DNA of 64,000 bases, taken from a bacterium. Lineage in GTDB: Bacteria > Verrucomicrobiota > Verrucomicrobiia > Limisphaerales > J093. Below, piece by piece: positions 35,840 to 44,244 of this stretch. Position numbers and translations under genes: made by a program. Below the pieces are notes generated by a model, which saw nothing but the letters and a program-made list of their open reading frames with translations, did no database searches and was not told the DNA's origin. The first letter of the stretch is position 1. Each line of letters opens with the position of its first letter. The DNA is taken from positions 3,230-67,229 of the forward strand of contig JAJXZJ010000059.1 in NCBI GenBank assembly GCA_021780105.1, given 5' to 3'.

Positions 35840-36859
35840 TTGAACACGCACTTCTCCCTCAAACTCCTCGCCCGGACCGCGAAGTTGCTGGCGTTGGCGG
35901 CGGGGCTGGCGTGCGCCGCCGGGGTGCAGGCGCAGTTCACCTACACGATCAACAACAACACGGTCACCATCACGGGCTACACCGGCCCCGGCGGCGCGGT
36001 GACCATCCCGGATACAATCAGCGCCCGCCCGGTCACGGCCATCGGGGACAGCGCGTTCCTGAACAACAACCACCTGACCCGCGTGACGATGGGGAGATAC
36101 GTCAGCAGCATCGGCGGCTTCGCGTTTGCCTCCTGCACCAACCTGACCGGCGTCACGATGACCAACAGCGTGAGGATCATCGGGAACCAGGCGTTCGCCA
36201 ACTGTCAGAGCCTGACGAACGTCACCCTGCCCGACAGCGTTACCAACCTCGGCGCCGTGGCGTTTTCCGGTTGCAGCCGGCTGGCTGGTGTCGCAACCGG
36301 CAGCGGCCTGACAAGCCTCGGGACGGCAACGTTCTCGCAATGCCCACGGCTCACGAGTGTCACGCTTGGCACGAACGTCACCGCCCTCGGCGGCAGTGCC
36401 TTCAAATCCTGTTCCGCGCTGGTCACCATCACGATTCCCGCCAGGGTCGGCAGCCTCGGCGACAGCGCGTTCAACAGTTGCGCTGCCCTGACCGGCGTCT
36501 ATTTCCAGGGAAACGCGCCGAGCGTCGGCCTGGGTGTGTTCGATGGGGACAACCTCGCGGTCGCCTATCACCTGCCGGGCACCACGGGCTGGGGCCTGAC
36601 GTTCGGCGGCCTGCCAGCGGTGCTGTGGAACGCGCAGATTCCGGTCGGCGACGCCAGCTTCGGCGTGCGGACGAACCGGTTTGGGTTCACCATCACGGGA
36701 ACCCGCGGTCTGGTCTTGGTGGTGGAAGCCAGCGCCGACCTGGCCAATCCGGTCTGGTCATCGGCGGGGACCAACACGCTCACCGACGGCGCGGCCTACT
36801 TCAGCGATCCGCAGTGGACGAATTTCCCCGCCCGCTTCTACCGCGTCCGCTCGCCGTGA
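35840..36859 (+). CDS. BspA-type leucine-rich repeat protein, secreted
   Basis: No ATG is available; TTG at 35840 or 35801. Signal LLALAAGLACAAGVQA. About 23-aa LRR units repeat (IGDSAFLNNNHLTRVTM, IGGFAFASCTNLTGVTM, IGNQAFANCQSLTNVTL...). A C-terminal beta domain ends in FYRVRSP. Confidence 0.8.
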   Translation: MNTHFSLKLLARTAKLLALAAGLACAAGVQAQFTYTINNNTVTITGYTGPGGAVTIPDTISARPVTAIGDSAFLNNNHLTRVTMGRYVSSIGGFAFASCTNLTGVTMTNSVRIIGNQAFANCQSLTNVTLPDSVTNLGAVAFSGCSRLAGVATGSGLTSLGTATFSQCPRLTSVTLGTNVTALGGSAFKSCSALVTITIPARVGSLGDSAFNSCAALTGVYFQGNAPSVGLGVFDGDNLAVAYHLPGTTGWGLTFGGLPAVLWNAQIPVGDASFGVRTNRFGFTITGTRGLVLVVEASADLANPVWSSAGTNTLTDGAAYFSDPQWTNFPARFYRVRSP

Positions 36860-37081
36860 GGCGGCGCCAAACCGTGCGCCAACAGGGCGAGGGCGTGACC
36901 GCGCGGCGGCTGGAAGCCGGCGCACCGGCAGGCATGTCAAGTTGCGCCCAATTTGATGGGACCTTATCCAGATCATTTGCGCGACAGGGCTTCGTGCGAT
37001 AGCTTGGCGGCAATTGCACGCGCACGGCCTCGCATGACGCCGCCGCACCCGGAAGCATCGAATCATAACCACAGCCATCAC

Positions 37082-37519
37082 ATGAGCGAAGCAAACGAAT
37101 CCCTGTGTCCCCAGCCGGGCCATTTCGGTTGGAACGAGCTGATCACGGCCGACGCCAAAGCCTCCGCCGATTTTTACGGAAAACTTTTCGGCTGGCAGGC
37201 GGTGCCGTTCGCCCCGCCGGGGGCACCCGCAGGCGACCCGTCTTACCTGTTATTCAAAACCGGCACGGCCGACGCAGGCGGAAACGACATGGGCGTGGCC
37301 GGCATGATGCAGGCGCCGATGCCCGGAATCCCAACGCATTGGCGGGCCTATGTCATCGTGGGTGACGCTGACACTACTCTGGCCAAAGCCGTCGAGCTGG
37401 GCGCGCAGGCGTTGTTGCCGGTGATGGCTATCCCTGGAGTCGGCCGCGTGGCCGTGATCCAGGATCCGCTGGGCGCGGTGATTGGCATTCACGAACCACC
37501 CAAGCAAACCAGCCGTTGA
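37082..37519 (+). CDS. VOC (glyoxalase/bleomycin-resistance) family protein
   Basis: ATG at 37082. GHFGWNELITADAKASADFYGKLFGWQ...THWRAYVIVGDADTTLAKAVELGAQALLPVMAIPGVGRVAVIQDPLGAVIGIHE. Confidence 0.85.
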   Translation: MSEANESLCPQPGHFGWNELITADAKASADFYGKLFGWQAVPFAPPGAPAGDPSYLLFKTGTADAGGNDMGVAGMMQAPMPGIPTHWRAYVIVGDADTTLAKAVELGAQALLPVMAIPGVGRVAVIQDPLGAVIGIHEPPKQTSR

Positions 37520-37537
37520 AGCAGCCGCGCCGCCCGT

Positions 37538-38749
37538 TCACCCACCGCCAGCAGCGCTCCCACCGGAAGGCGCGCCGGCGGGAGCAGCGGCGGCGGATTG
37601 TTTGATCCACGCGCAGACGGCCTCCAGCACGGCTGGATCCTCGTAGGCCGCGCTGTGCGTGAGCGGCGTGCCCTCGGCGTCCCCGGACACCGAGGCAAAT
37701 AATTGCACCAGCCAGCGGCCGGGCGGCGTGGCCTCGGCGGTCACCTGCATGAACAGGCCGATTGCAAACGCCTCCGGCCCGAACGGCAGGGTCAACACAC
37801 CCACCGCCGGCATCAGCAACACGAACGCCCCGCCGAGCAGCAGGTAACGCAACGTCCCGGCTGCAAACAGCGTCAGATACACCATCGGCCCCAGCAAACC
37901 ACCCGCGAGCAGCGAAACCAAAATCACACCCAGCCGGCTCATGTCCGGCGCCGCCTGCCGGCCGATGATCCAGTCGGCCACGGCCCAGCCGACGAGCGCG
38001 GCGAGCGCGAGTTCAAACCAGGACAGGCGGTTCTTCCGCCGTTCCTCCCAGGCTTCCCATCGCTTGTTGAGACTGCCCAGGAGCGGTTCGATCAGCGAAC
38101 CCGCCAGCGCGCAGGCGCTCAGCACCGCGCCGGCCTCGTCGCCGCTGTGGCGGAGGATCAAGAGTTGGTTTTCGCGCAACGGCGGAAGCCGCATCCGGTC
38201 CGCCAGGAGCCGCGCCTTGTCGGTCAACCAGTGGAACAGCCCGTAACTGACCGGCCAGATGACGATGGAACTGAGAAACATCCACGATTCCGTGGTTTCC
38301 TTGAGGCCAAATTTCGCGAGGATCCAGACCCAGGCGGCAATCATCGGCGCGAGTTGCGCGGCCAGGAACAGCCGGTTGTGTTCGCCTTCAAACCGGCGCC
38401 GCTTCACCAGCAGAAACGGCGTCGAGAGGCAGACCACGCCGGCCACGCGCGCGGCCAGGCCGGCGTCATTGAGCGCCCCGAGCGCAATGTTGCCGCCGTG
38501 GCTGTGACCAATGATGAACTGCGCCGCATCCGGGTTTCTTTGGACGGATGCCGCGACGCTCGCTGCCGCGGCCTCGACGGCGCGGAAACGGTCCTTGAAG
38601 CGGTTACGGCCGGTCCAGTTGATGGTCTGGAACTCCACGTTGGTGCCCAGCTCACGCGCCAGCGCCTCGCGCAAACGGGAGCCGGGCTGCACCCACGGGG
38701 CGTGCGGGGCAAACGTGCCGTGAACCAGCGTGACCACGCATTTGCTCAT
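37538..38749 (-). CDS. Alpha/beta hydrolase interrupted by a multi-helix membrane insertion
   Basis: ATG at 38749. VTLVHGTFAPHAPW, FQTINWTGRNRFKDR and the nucleophile elbow IIGHSHGG. About 230 aa of hydrophobic helices follow. C-terminal TPLTHSAAYEDPAVLEAVCAWI is a candidate catalytic His segment. Confidence 0.65.
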   Translation of the reverse strand: MSKCVVTLVHGTFAPHAPWVQPGSRLREALARELGTNVEFQTINWTGRNRFKDRFRAVEAAAASVAASVQRNPDAAQFIIGHSHGGNIALGALNDAGLAARVAGVVCLSTPFLLVKRRRFEGEHNRLFLAAQLAPMIAAWVWILAKFGLKETTESWMFLSSIVIWPVSYGLFHWLTDKARLLADRMRLPPLRENQLLILRHSGDEAGAVLSACALAGSLIEPLLGSLNKRWEAWEERRKNRLSWFELALAALVGWAVADWIIGRQAAPDMSRLGVILVSLLAGGLLGPMVYLTLFAAGTLRYLLLGGAFVLLMPAVGVLTLPFGPEAFAIGLFMQVTAEATPPGRWLVQLFASVSGDAEGTPLTHSAAYEDPAVLEAVCAWIKQSAAAAPAGAPSGGSAAGGG

Positions 38750-38859
38750 GCCGATCCGCAAGGCTAACGGAGACCGGCACGAAACGCAACGCCACCGGGC
38801 CCCCCCGTCGGGCCGGCGCGGCGCGGCCGCATGACACACCGTTGCCGTGGCTCCGGAAC

Positions 38860-39560
38860 GCCCTCAAGAAAGGCCTTCCGGTTCAGCCCGAAGGCGCCCG
38901 GAACTGGTATCCAGGCTTGAGTCCGGGCTGGTGCGCACGCGCAGCTCGGTCATCAACCGCATTTTGTAAGTTGAGACGGTATTTGCCCGGCCGGAGTTGC
39001 AGCGCCGCCTCCTTATTGCTCAGATTCTGGCCAGCAGCCTGAAGACCTGAAGTTCCTGATCGCTCAGGCTGAGCAAAACCGGAGGCCGGGCCAGCCTCCG
39101 GCTCGGTTTCCTTCAAATCCAAGACTTTCGTCATCAGTTGACTCGCGCTTGCCCGGCTGGCCGAGCTTGCCGCTGTGGATGCGGCGGATGGCCTGCAAGA
39201 CGTGTTCGACCGGTTCGTCTTGCATGAGGGTATCCCCGGGCGCCGGCATGCAACCAGCGGCGGGCATACAAGGCTTCGCACACACAAGCGTTGTCCTTTT
39301 AGGGTCTTGGTTTCTGCCTTGCGCTTTACCGGGTTCACTTGTTCACCTCAGTATCAGCCATGATGCCATCCATCTTCGCTGAAGCTTCAGGCCATTATCT
39401 CAGCAGGAACTGGTCAATCTCCGGTAACACGCTGCGAGCCGTTGTAGCCGGCCACGCGGCAAAAGGGATAGATGGAGTCCGGCCGTAGATTCCGCCTTCG
39501 GCCCGGCGATATTTCATTCCATGAGCGGGGGGCGCATTTTGCCCGCGGACTCGTGGGCTT
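38860..39560 (-). pseudogene. NarL/LuxR-family response regulator, multiply frameshifted
   Basis: Recognisable pieces lie in different frames: EALYARRWLHAGARGY (about 39230..39277), LMQDEPVEHVLQAIRRIHSGKL (about 39163..39228), LSLSDQELQVFRLLA (about 39030..39075), TVSTYKMRLMTELRVRTSPDS (about 38920..38981). Compare the intact paralogue at 11087..11761. Confidence 0.55.
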
Positions 39561-39611
39561 TTATACGGAAGCTGGCAGGATTCGACGATCCCTCGATTTC
39601 CTTAGCAATTT

Positions 39612-39685
39612 TGGCTGTCCGACCAGGATTTGAACCTGGACTAAAGGCTCCAAAGACCTCTGTGCTACCATTACACCATCGGACA
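39612..39685 (-). tRNA. tRNA-Gln (anticodon UUG), CCA encoded
   Basis: Hand-folded 74 nt: TGTCCGA TG GTGT AATGGTA GCAC A GAGGT CTTTGGA GCCTT TAGT CCAGG TTCAAAT CCTGG TCGGACA G CCA. U1:A72 and G73 are typical of bacterial tRNA-Gln. Confidence 0.85.
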
Positions 39686-39758
39686 AACCAGCGGACAGGC
39701 TAACGGCGCGCCGCGACAGCGCAATAGAAAACTGCCACACTGGCGGCCGGCGGTCGAG

Positions 39759-40640
39759 TCAGCCGCCCCGCAGCGGAACCACCACCGTCCAGCACCGCGC
39801 CCCGAATTTGGCGAGGTGTTTCTCCCGCAACCGCTGCGCGGCGTCCTCGCCCGCGATCAGCGCAAACGTCGTCGAACCGCTGCCCGACATCAGCGTCCCG
39901 ACCGCGCCCTCCGCGCGCAGAAATTCCTGGTAAAGCGCCAGGATCGGATATTTCTCCAGCGCCGGCCCTTCGAGCGAGTTGTAAAACTCGGTGCCGGCGC
40001 CGGCGAGATCGCCCGCCTGCAGCCGCGCGAGCAGTCGCTGTGCCCGGCCCGGCTCGCCGTTCAGCGCCCGCGGGAACCGCCCGAGGCTTTGATATGCCCA
40101 GGCCGTGGCGATGCCAAATCCAGGATGAATCAGCAAGGCCCAGACCCCGCGCAACGCGGGAAACCAGTCCAGCGTCTGCACCTGCTCGCCGCGGCCGGTC
40201 GCCAGGGCCGGTTGCGGCTGGAGAAAGAATGGCACGTCGGAGCCGAGCTGGGCCGCGAGTTGCGTCAGCGTCGCTGGATCGAGCGGCGCGCCGAAAAGTC
40301 CGTTCAAGCCCAGCAACGTTGTGGCGGCGTTGCCACTGCCGCCACCGAGGCCGGCCGCCATGGGAATGCGTTTTTCCAGATGTACCCGCACGCCGTCGCG
40401 AACGTCCGCGGCCTGGAGGAACGCAGTCGCCGCCCGGTAAACGAGATTCGAGCTGTCGGTCGGCAGCGCGGGGTCGCTGCAGGTAAGCGTGACGCCGGCG
40501 GGCGCGACTTCAAACTCCAGTTCGTCGCACACCGGCACCGGGTGCATGACCGTCTCCAGCTCGTGGAAACCGTCCGGCCGCCGGCCGAGGATGTTCAGCA
40601 GCAGGTTGACTTTGCAGGGCGAGACGCGGGCGAGCTTCAT
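39759..40640 (-). CDS. ispE: 4-diphosphocytidyl-2-C-methyl-D-erythritol kinase
   Basis: ATG at 40640 (an upstream TTG at 40658 is also possible). KVNLLLNILGRRPDGFHELETVM. GHMP kinase motif PMAAGLGGGSGNAAT. Confidence 0.9.
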   Translation of the reverse strand: MKLARVSPCKVNLLLNILGRRPDGFHELETVMHPVPVCDELEFEVAPAGVTLTCSDPALPTDSSNLVYRAATAFLQAADVRDGVRVHLEKRIPMAAGLGGGSGNAATTLLGLNGLFGAPLDPATLTQLAAQLGSDVPFFLQPQPALATGRGEQVQTLDWFPALRGVWALLIHPGFGIATAWAYQSLGRFPRALNGEPGRAQRLLARLQAGDLAGAGTEFYNSLEGPALEKYPILALYQEFLRAEGAVGTLMSGSGSTTFALIAGEDAAQRLREKHLAKFGARCWTVVVPLRGG

Positions 40641-40677
40641 CAATAAAAAAGGCGCCAACCACAGGGTGTCGGCGCCT
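40641..40677 (-). terminator. Terminator-like hairpin between the lipoprotein gene and ispE
   Basis: Minus strand: AGGCGCC, 14 nt, GGCGCCT, then TTTTTATTG immediately before the ispE ATG. Confidence 0.4.
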
Positions 40678-40694
40678 GGAGAATGGGCCCGTTT

Positions 40695-41150
40695 TTAGTA
40701 ATCAAAAATGTGGAAGCGGCTGCCTGGAACGAACGGCACAATGTCGCCACCGCTGAAACCGGTGTGATTGTCCGGCTCGAATGTCGTGTCGGAAATCAGC
40801 GCCGGCGAGTAGCTGTCCGGGAAAGCTGGTCCCACGGTCGCATCGGGCAGGATCGGCCCGCCGGGGCGCAGGATCGGGTCGTAGCTGGGAATGGGGAAGG
40901 TGATAATCTCGTAGGCGCCAACGAGGGTCCGGACCATGCTGCGGTCGAAGCCCTTGATCACGCCGCTGGTGTAGGCCACAGACGGACCATCGAAGAGCGC
41001 CGTCTGCTCGACCGAGCGCCGGATCTCGCCCAGGCGGGCAAATTCGGTCGCATTGTTGATACCACGGCCCAGTTTCTTCTCCGGGCCGGCGCAACCGACC
41101 GCGAAGGCCGCCATGAGGCCGGCGGCGGCGAGTGTCCAAAGCTTACGCAT
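40695..41150 (-). CDS. Lipoprotein resembling the exosortase system-associated TIGR04073 family
   Basis: Lipobox AFAVGCAG. KKLGRGINNATEF...GVIKGFDRSMVRTLVGAYEIITFPIPSYDP matches my memory of the family pattern (KLGRG..N...G.YE..TFP.P). Confidence 0.6.
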   Translation of the reverse strand: MRKLWTLAAAGLMAAFAVGCAGPEKKLGRGINNATEFARLGEIRRSVEQTALFDGPSVAYTSGVIKGFDRSMVRTLVGAYEIITFPIPSYDPILRPGGPILPDATVGPAFPDSYSPALISDTTFEPDNHTGFSGGDIVPFVPGSRFHIFDY

Positions 41151-41226
41151 AAATCAAATTGTTGAGGGGAGGTTACCCGCCCCGATGGCCTTGTAAAGAG
41201 CGATTTCTGTGCCAGCGCAAAATACC

Positions 41227-44200
41227 TTATTGCGCTGGCGCCGGCTCAGAAAAGTCCCCGGTCCGGACCCGATACTCAACGCCTTTTTCCGCGGGCGCAA
41301 GCCCATAGCGGATCATCATCTCCCTCGACATCATAGTCTTCGGAGGTATTGGCCGCGGCCAGGCTCCCGCCAACGCCTCGCCGGGCCGGTCATGCATCAG
41401 CCCACACACGCTGCCGTTGGCCAGCGCGTAAAACCGCTGCCACCGGCCGTCGGTGCTGGGCACGACCGCCCGCGATCGGGCGATGATGGTGTCCGGCGCC
41501 TCCCGCAACCGGTGCTGCAATGCCGTCTTGTTCGGCACTACCACTTCGACGTCGCCCCAGTTCACAGCCGGGGCAAGATTCGTCAGCGCTGGGTTGAGCC
41601 GGCCGTCGCCCAGAGACAGCGGCTCCGGCCGTTCGTCGAGGGCAAAGACGCGCAGCGCCAGGCTCGCCTGCCGCATCTGGTCCAACTCGGCATGCGCCAT
41701 CGCGGCGGCGACGATGACCGGCGGGTTGGTTTCGGTGATCAACGTCGTCGGGAAATTGGTTGCTCCCGCCGCGGTTTGCTGGCCCCACAGCGTGAAGACT
41801 GGATTTTCACTGGCCCCGGGCGGCTCCCAACTTAGCGGCCAGATCGCATTGGCGTTCGGGCGCGGGGCTGGCGGGTTTGTGTCGCCTCCGGTTCGGAGCG
41901 TCATGCCCGCCGGCAATTTGACCAGGCCGTAGCGGATCATCATCCGGAGGTCCATCATCGGGCGTGGCGGCTCGGAGAAAACGCCCGTCAGGGGTGAATC
42001 CGGTGTCGTCTCCATCCGCCATCGGACGCTGCCGTCGGCCAGCGCATAAAATCGTTGCCAGGCGTGGCTGGAATATTCCACCGCGGTTTGGGAATAGGCG
42101 ACGATCGTCTGCGATTGCTCGCGCACGGCGTGATCCAACGCGGCCGTGTCGGCAAGCGGCACCTTCACGTCATCCCAATTCAGGTCGGGCGCCGCGGCGG
42201 TAACCAACGGGTTCAACCGGCCGTCGCGAAGGAGCGGTTCCTGTGGGTGATTCAACAAAAACAAGTTGAGTGCCGACGCAGCCTGCTCGGTTTCGTAGTG
42301 CGCCAGCAGTTCCACATGGCCGGTGGCCCGCACCACCATTTGGATCCCGCGCGGCGAGTTGATCCGCAGCAGGACCGCCTCCGGCAGGGTCCGGTCGGCG
42401 CTGGGCAGGACGGTGGCGTCCATGCCGTCGTAGTCCTGAACATCCGCGCTCTTGAGGAAGCCTTGGGCCACGAGGTTGGTCAGCGGCAGCGTTGGTGGCA
42501 AGGTCTGTCCGGTCGTCGTGGCACCACGCCGCACCGCGTCCAACGCACGGAGGATTTTGTCCGTGTTGAGCGACAAGAAACCGTTGTGTTGTAACAACAC
42601 CCGGTCCAGGCGCCACGGCGGCGGTTTCGGCGGCTGGACCAACTGGGTTTGCCGCGCGGCCGCTCTCTGGAATGCGCTTTCGCCTGCCACGGCCAAGGAA
42701 AAAAACGCGACGCACCACACGCCGATGACCAATGCCACAATTCCCATTTGCCCCAACACACGGCGCGCGCCGCGGTCCACGCGACGGAAATTGGCCAGCG
42801 CGAAACCGAGCAGCAGTGACAGCATAAGCAACGCACCAACGACCTCCAGAATCGTGGCCGGGAGAGCGAACGGCTCTTCGTGAAACACTTTCCAATCGGG
42901 AAGTGCCTGACCGAAAAGCAAAAACTTGTTGATGAACGTCCCCAACGCCGCTCCGGTCAGCACGACGGCCACCAGACTCGACAGCAGCGCGCGGACGCTT
43001 GTCTGGGACAGTGATGAAAAATAAATGGCCAGACAGCAGGCGCCGAGCACGTAGGGGGAAGAGCCGATAGCGTCGCCCGTGAACTCGCGTCGCGCTTCCG
43101 GAAACGGCGACACCAAGAGCAAAAGCAGCGGCAGTCCCACGGCGAGCACCAACGCCAGACCGCACACCACGCCCACCTTCACTGCCCATTGGCGCCACGC
43201 GGCAAGCGGCTGGATCAACTGCGAAGCTACCGTGCCGTGTTGCCGCTCCTCCGCGCAACTCAGCGCGCCCGCCAGCAGCGGAACCATGAACAGATACATG
43301 AACACCCAAACAAGTGGGTCCGTGCCGGCGGCTTCCAGATTGCCATACATCAACCGGATCATTTCCAAGACGACGGCCGCCAGCCAGCCGAGGCAGAACA
43401 AACCGGCCAGCAGGAAAGTCATTTGCTGAAGGTGAAGTTCCTTTTTCACCAGTTCCCAGACCACATTTCGGCGGCGCGGCACATCAGCAACCACCGCTTT
43501 GGCCGGCAGCCAGCGCGCCAGCCAGCGCGGCAGGCGTAACTCGGGATTGGGACCATCCAACGCCTGCAAGTGAATAAACGCGCGATAACCCAGCACCGGC
43601 GCGGCCAGCCAGTGAACCAACAACAGGACCGCGAAACAGACCTGCGTGAACGACTCCGAAAGGTCCGGGTTCGATGGATTGACTCCAAAGATGGCGAGCG
43701 CGAGCAAATTGGCGACCAGCCAGAACAACGCCGGCCAGACGGCGGTGAACACCGCACCCGCCAGCGTGCTGCGCGTGAGCAGTGTCATCCACGGCGCCAC
43801 ACCGACCGCGCTGAGAAATGCACCGCCCAGGAGCGCGAGGTAGAAAAGCAAATACCCTGTCGAAGCCCGCATCCCAAAGAAAATCACGGGAGCGGCCGAG
43901 CTGAGACAGTTAAGCAGGACAATCGCCGCCAGCACCCCGATCTTCGCGCGCCAGATCGAGGCGCGGGACCGGGGTTGGACCAGCAATAACGGCATGGTGT
44001 GGTGGCCAAACTCATGGCCGAACAAGCCGGCGCCAAGCACGAGACAGCAACCCGCGTTAAGCACCAGTTCCAGGTTGAAGCTCCGCGCATCGCCACCCAG
44101 CCGGGCGACAATCAGCACCAACAACGTCACCAGCCACAGCGGCATGAGGGCGCGGAGTTCCTTGCCGACGATGACCGGGAACACCGGCGTGCGACACCAC

Positions 44201-44244
44201 TCCGGCAGCGTGTAGGCCAGCGAGACGTTTCGCTCCGGTTTCAT
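41227..44244 (-). CDS. ABC-2-type permease (two six-helix modules) fused to a ~485-aa non-membrane C-terminal region with tandem repeats
   Basis: 1005 aa. The ATG overlaps the ATPase stop (ATGA). Residues 1 to about 520 are almost entirely hydrophobic helices. Residues from about 521 are soluble and hold two ~160-200-aa repeats. Confidence 0.7.
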   Translation of the reverse strand: MKPERNVSLAYTLPEWCRTPVFPVIVGKELRALMPLWLVTLLVLIVARLGGDARSFNLELVLNAGCCLVLGAGLFGHEFGHHTMPLLLVQPRSRASIWRAKIGVLAAIVLLNCLSSAAPVIFFGMRASTGYLLFYLALLGGAFLSAVGVAPWMTLLTRSTLAGAVFTAVWPALFWLVANLLALAIFGVNPSNPDLSESFTQVCFAVLLLVHWLAAPVLGYRAFIHLQALDGPNPELRLPRWLARWLPAKAVVADVPRRRNVVWELVKKELHLQQMTFLLAGLFCLGWLAAVVLEMIRLMYGNLEAAGTDPLVWVFMYLFMVPLLAGALSCAEERQHGTVASQLIQPLAAWRQWAVKVGVVCGLALVLAVGLPLLLLLVSPFPEARREFTGDAIGSSPYVLGACCLAIYFSSLSQTSVRALLSSLVAVVLTGAALGTFINKFLLFGQALPDWKVFHEEPFALPATILEVVGALLMLSLLLGFALANFRRVDRGARRVLGQMGIVALVIGVWCVAFFSLAVAGESAFQRAAARQTQLVQPPKPPPWRLDRVLLQHNGFLSLNTDKILRALDAVRRGATTTGQTLPPTLPLTNLVAQGFLKSADVQDYDGMDATVLPSADRTLPEAVLLRINSPRGIQMVVRATGHVELLAHYETEQAASALNLFLLNHPQEPLLRDGRLNPLVTAAAPDLNWDDVKVPLADTAALDHAVREQSQTIVAYSQTAVEYSSHAWQRFYALADGSVRWRMETTPDSPLTGVFSEPPRPMMDLRMMIRYGLVKLPAGMTLRTGGDTNPPAPRPNANAIWPLSWEPPGASENPVFTLWGQQTAAGATNFPTTLITETNPPVIVAAAMAHAELDQMRQASLALRVFALDERPEPLSLGDGRLNPALTNLAPAVNWGDVEVVVPNKTALQHRLREAPDTIIARSRAVVPSTDGRWQRFYALANGSVCGLMHDRPGEALAGAWPRPIPPKTMMSREMMIRYGLAPAEKGVEYRVRTGDFSEPAPAQ
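41245..42351 (-). repeat. Tandem protein-level duplication inside the permease gene (two copies)
   Basis: Copy 1 is aa ~632-790 (41875..42351) and copy 2 is aa ~842-1000 (41245..41721). Shared motifs: GRLNP, NW.DV.V, WQRFYALA[DN]GSV, MMIRYGL. 35/70 positions are identical in the best block (hand alignment). Confidence 0.7.

Noticed and set aside
41245-42351. The tandem repeats in the permease gene as a diversity-generating retroelement template/variable repeat pair
   Set aside because: The copies are only about 50% identical at protein level, with differences at all residue types rather than adenine-specific changes. No reverse transcriptase is in the window.
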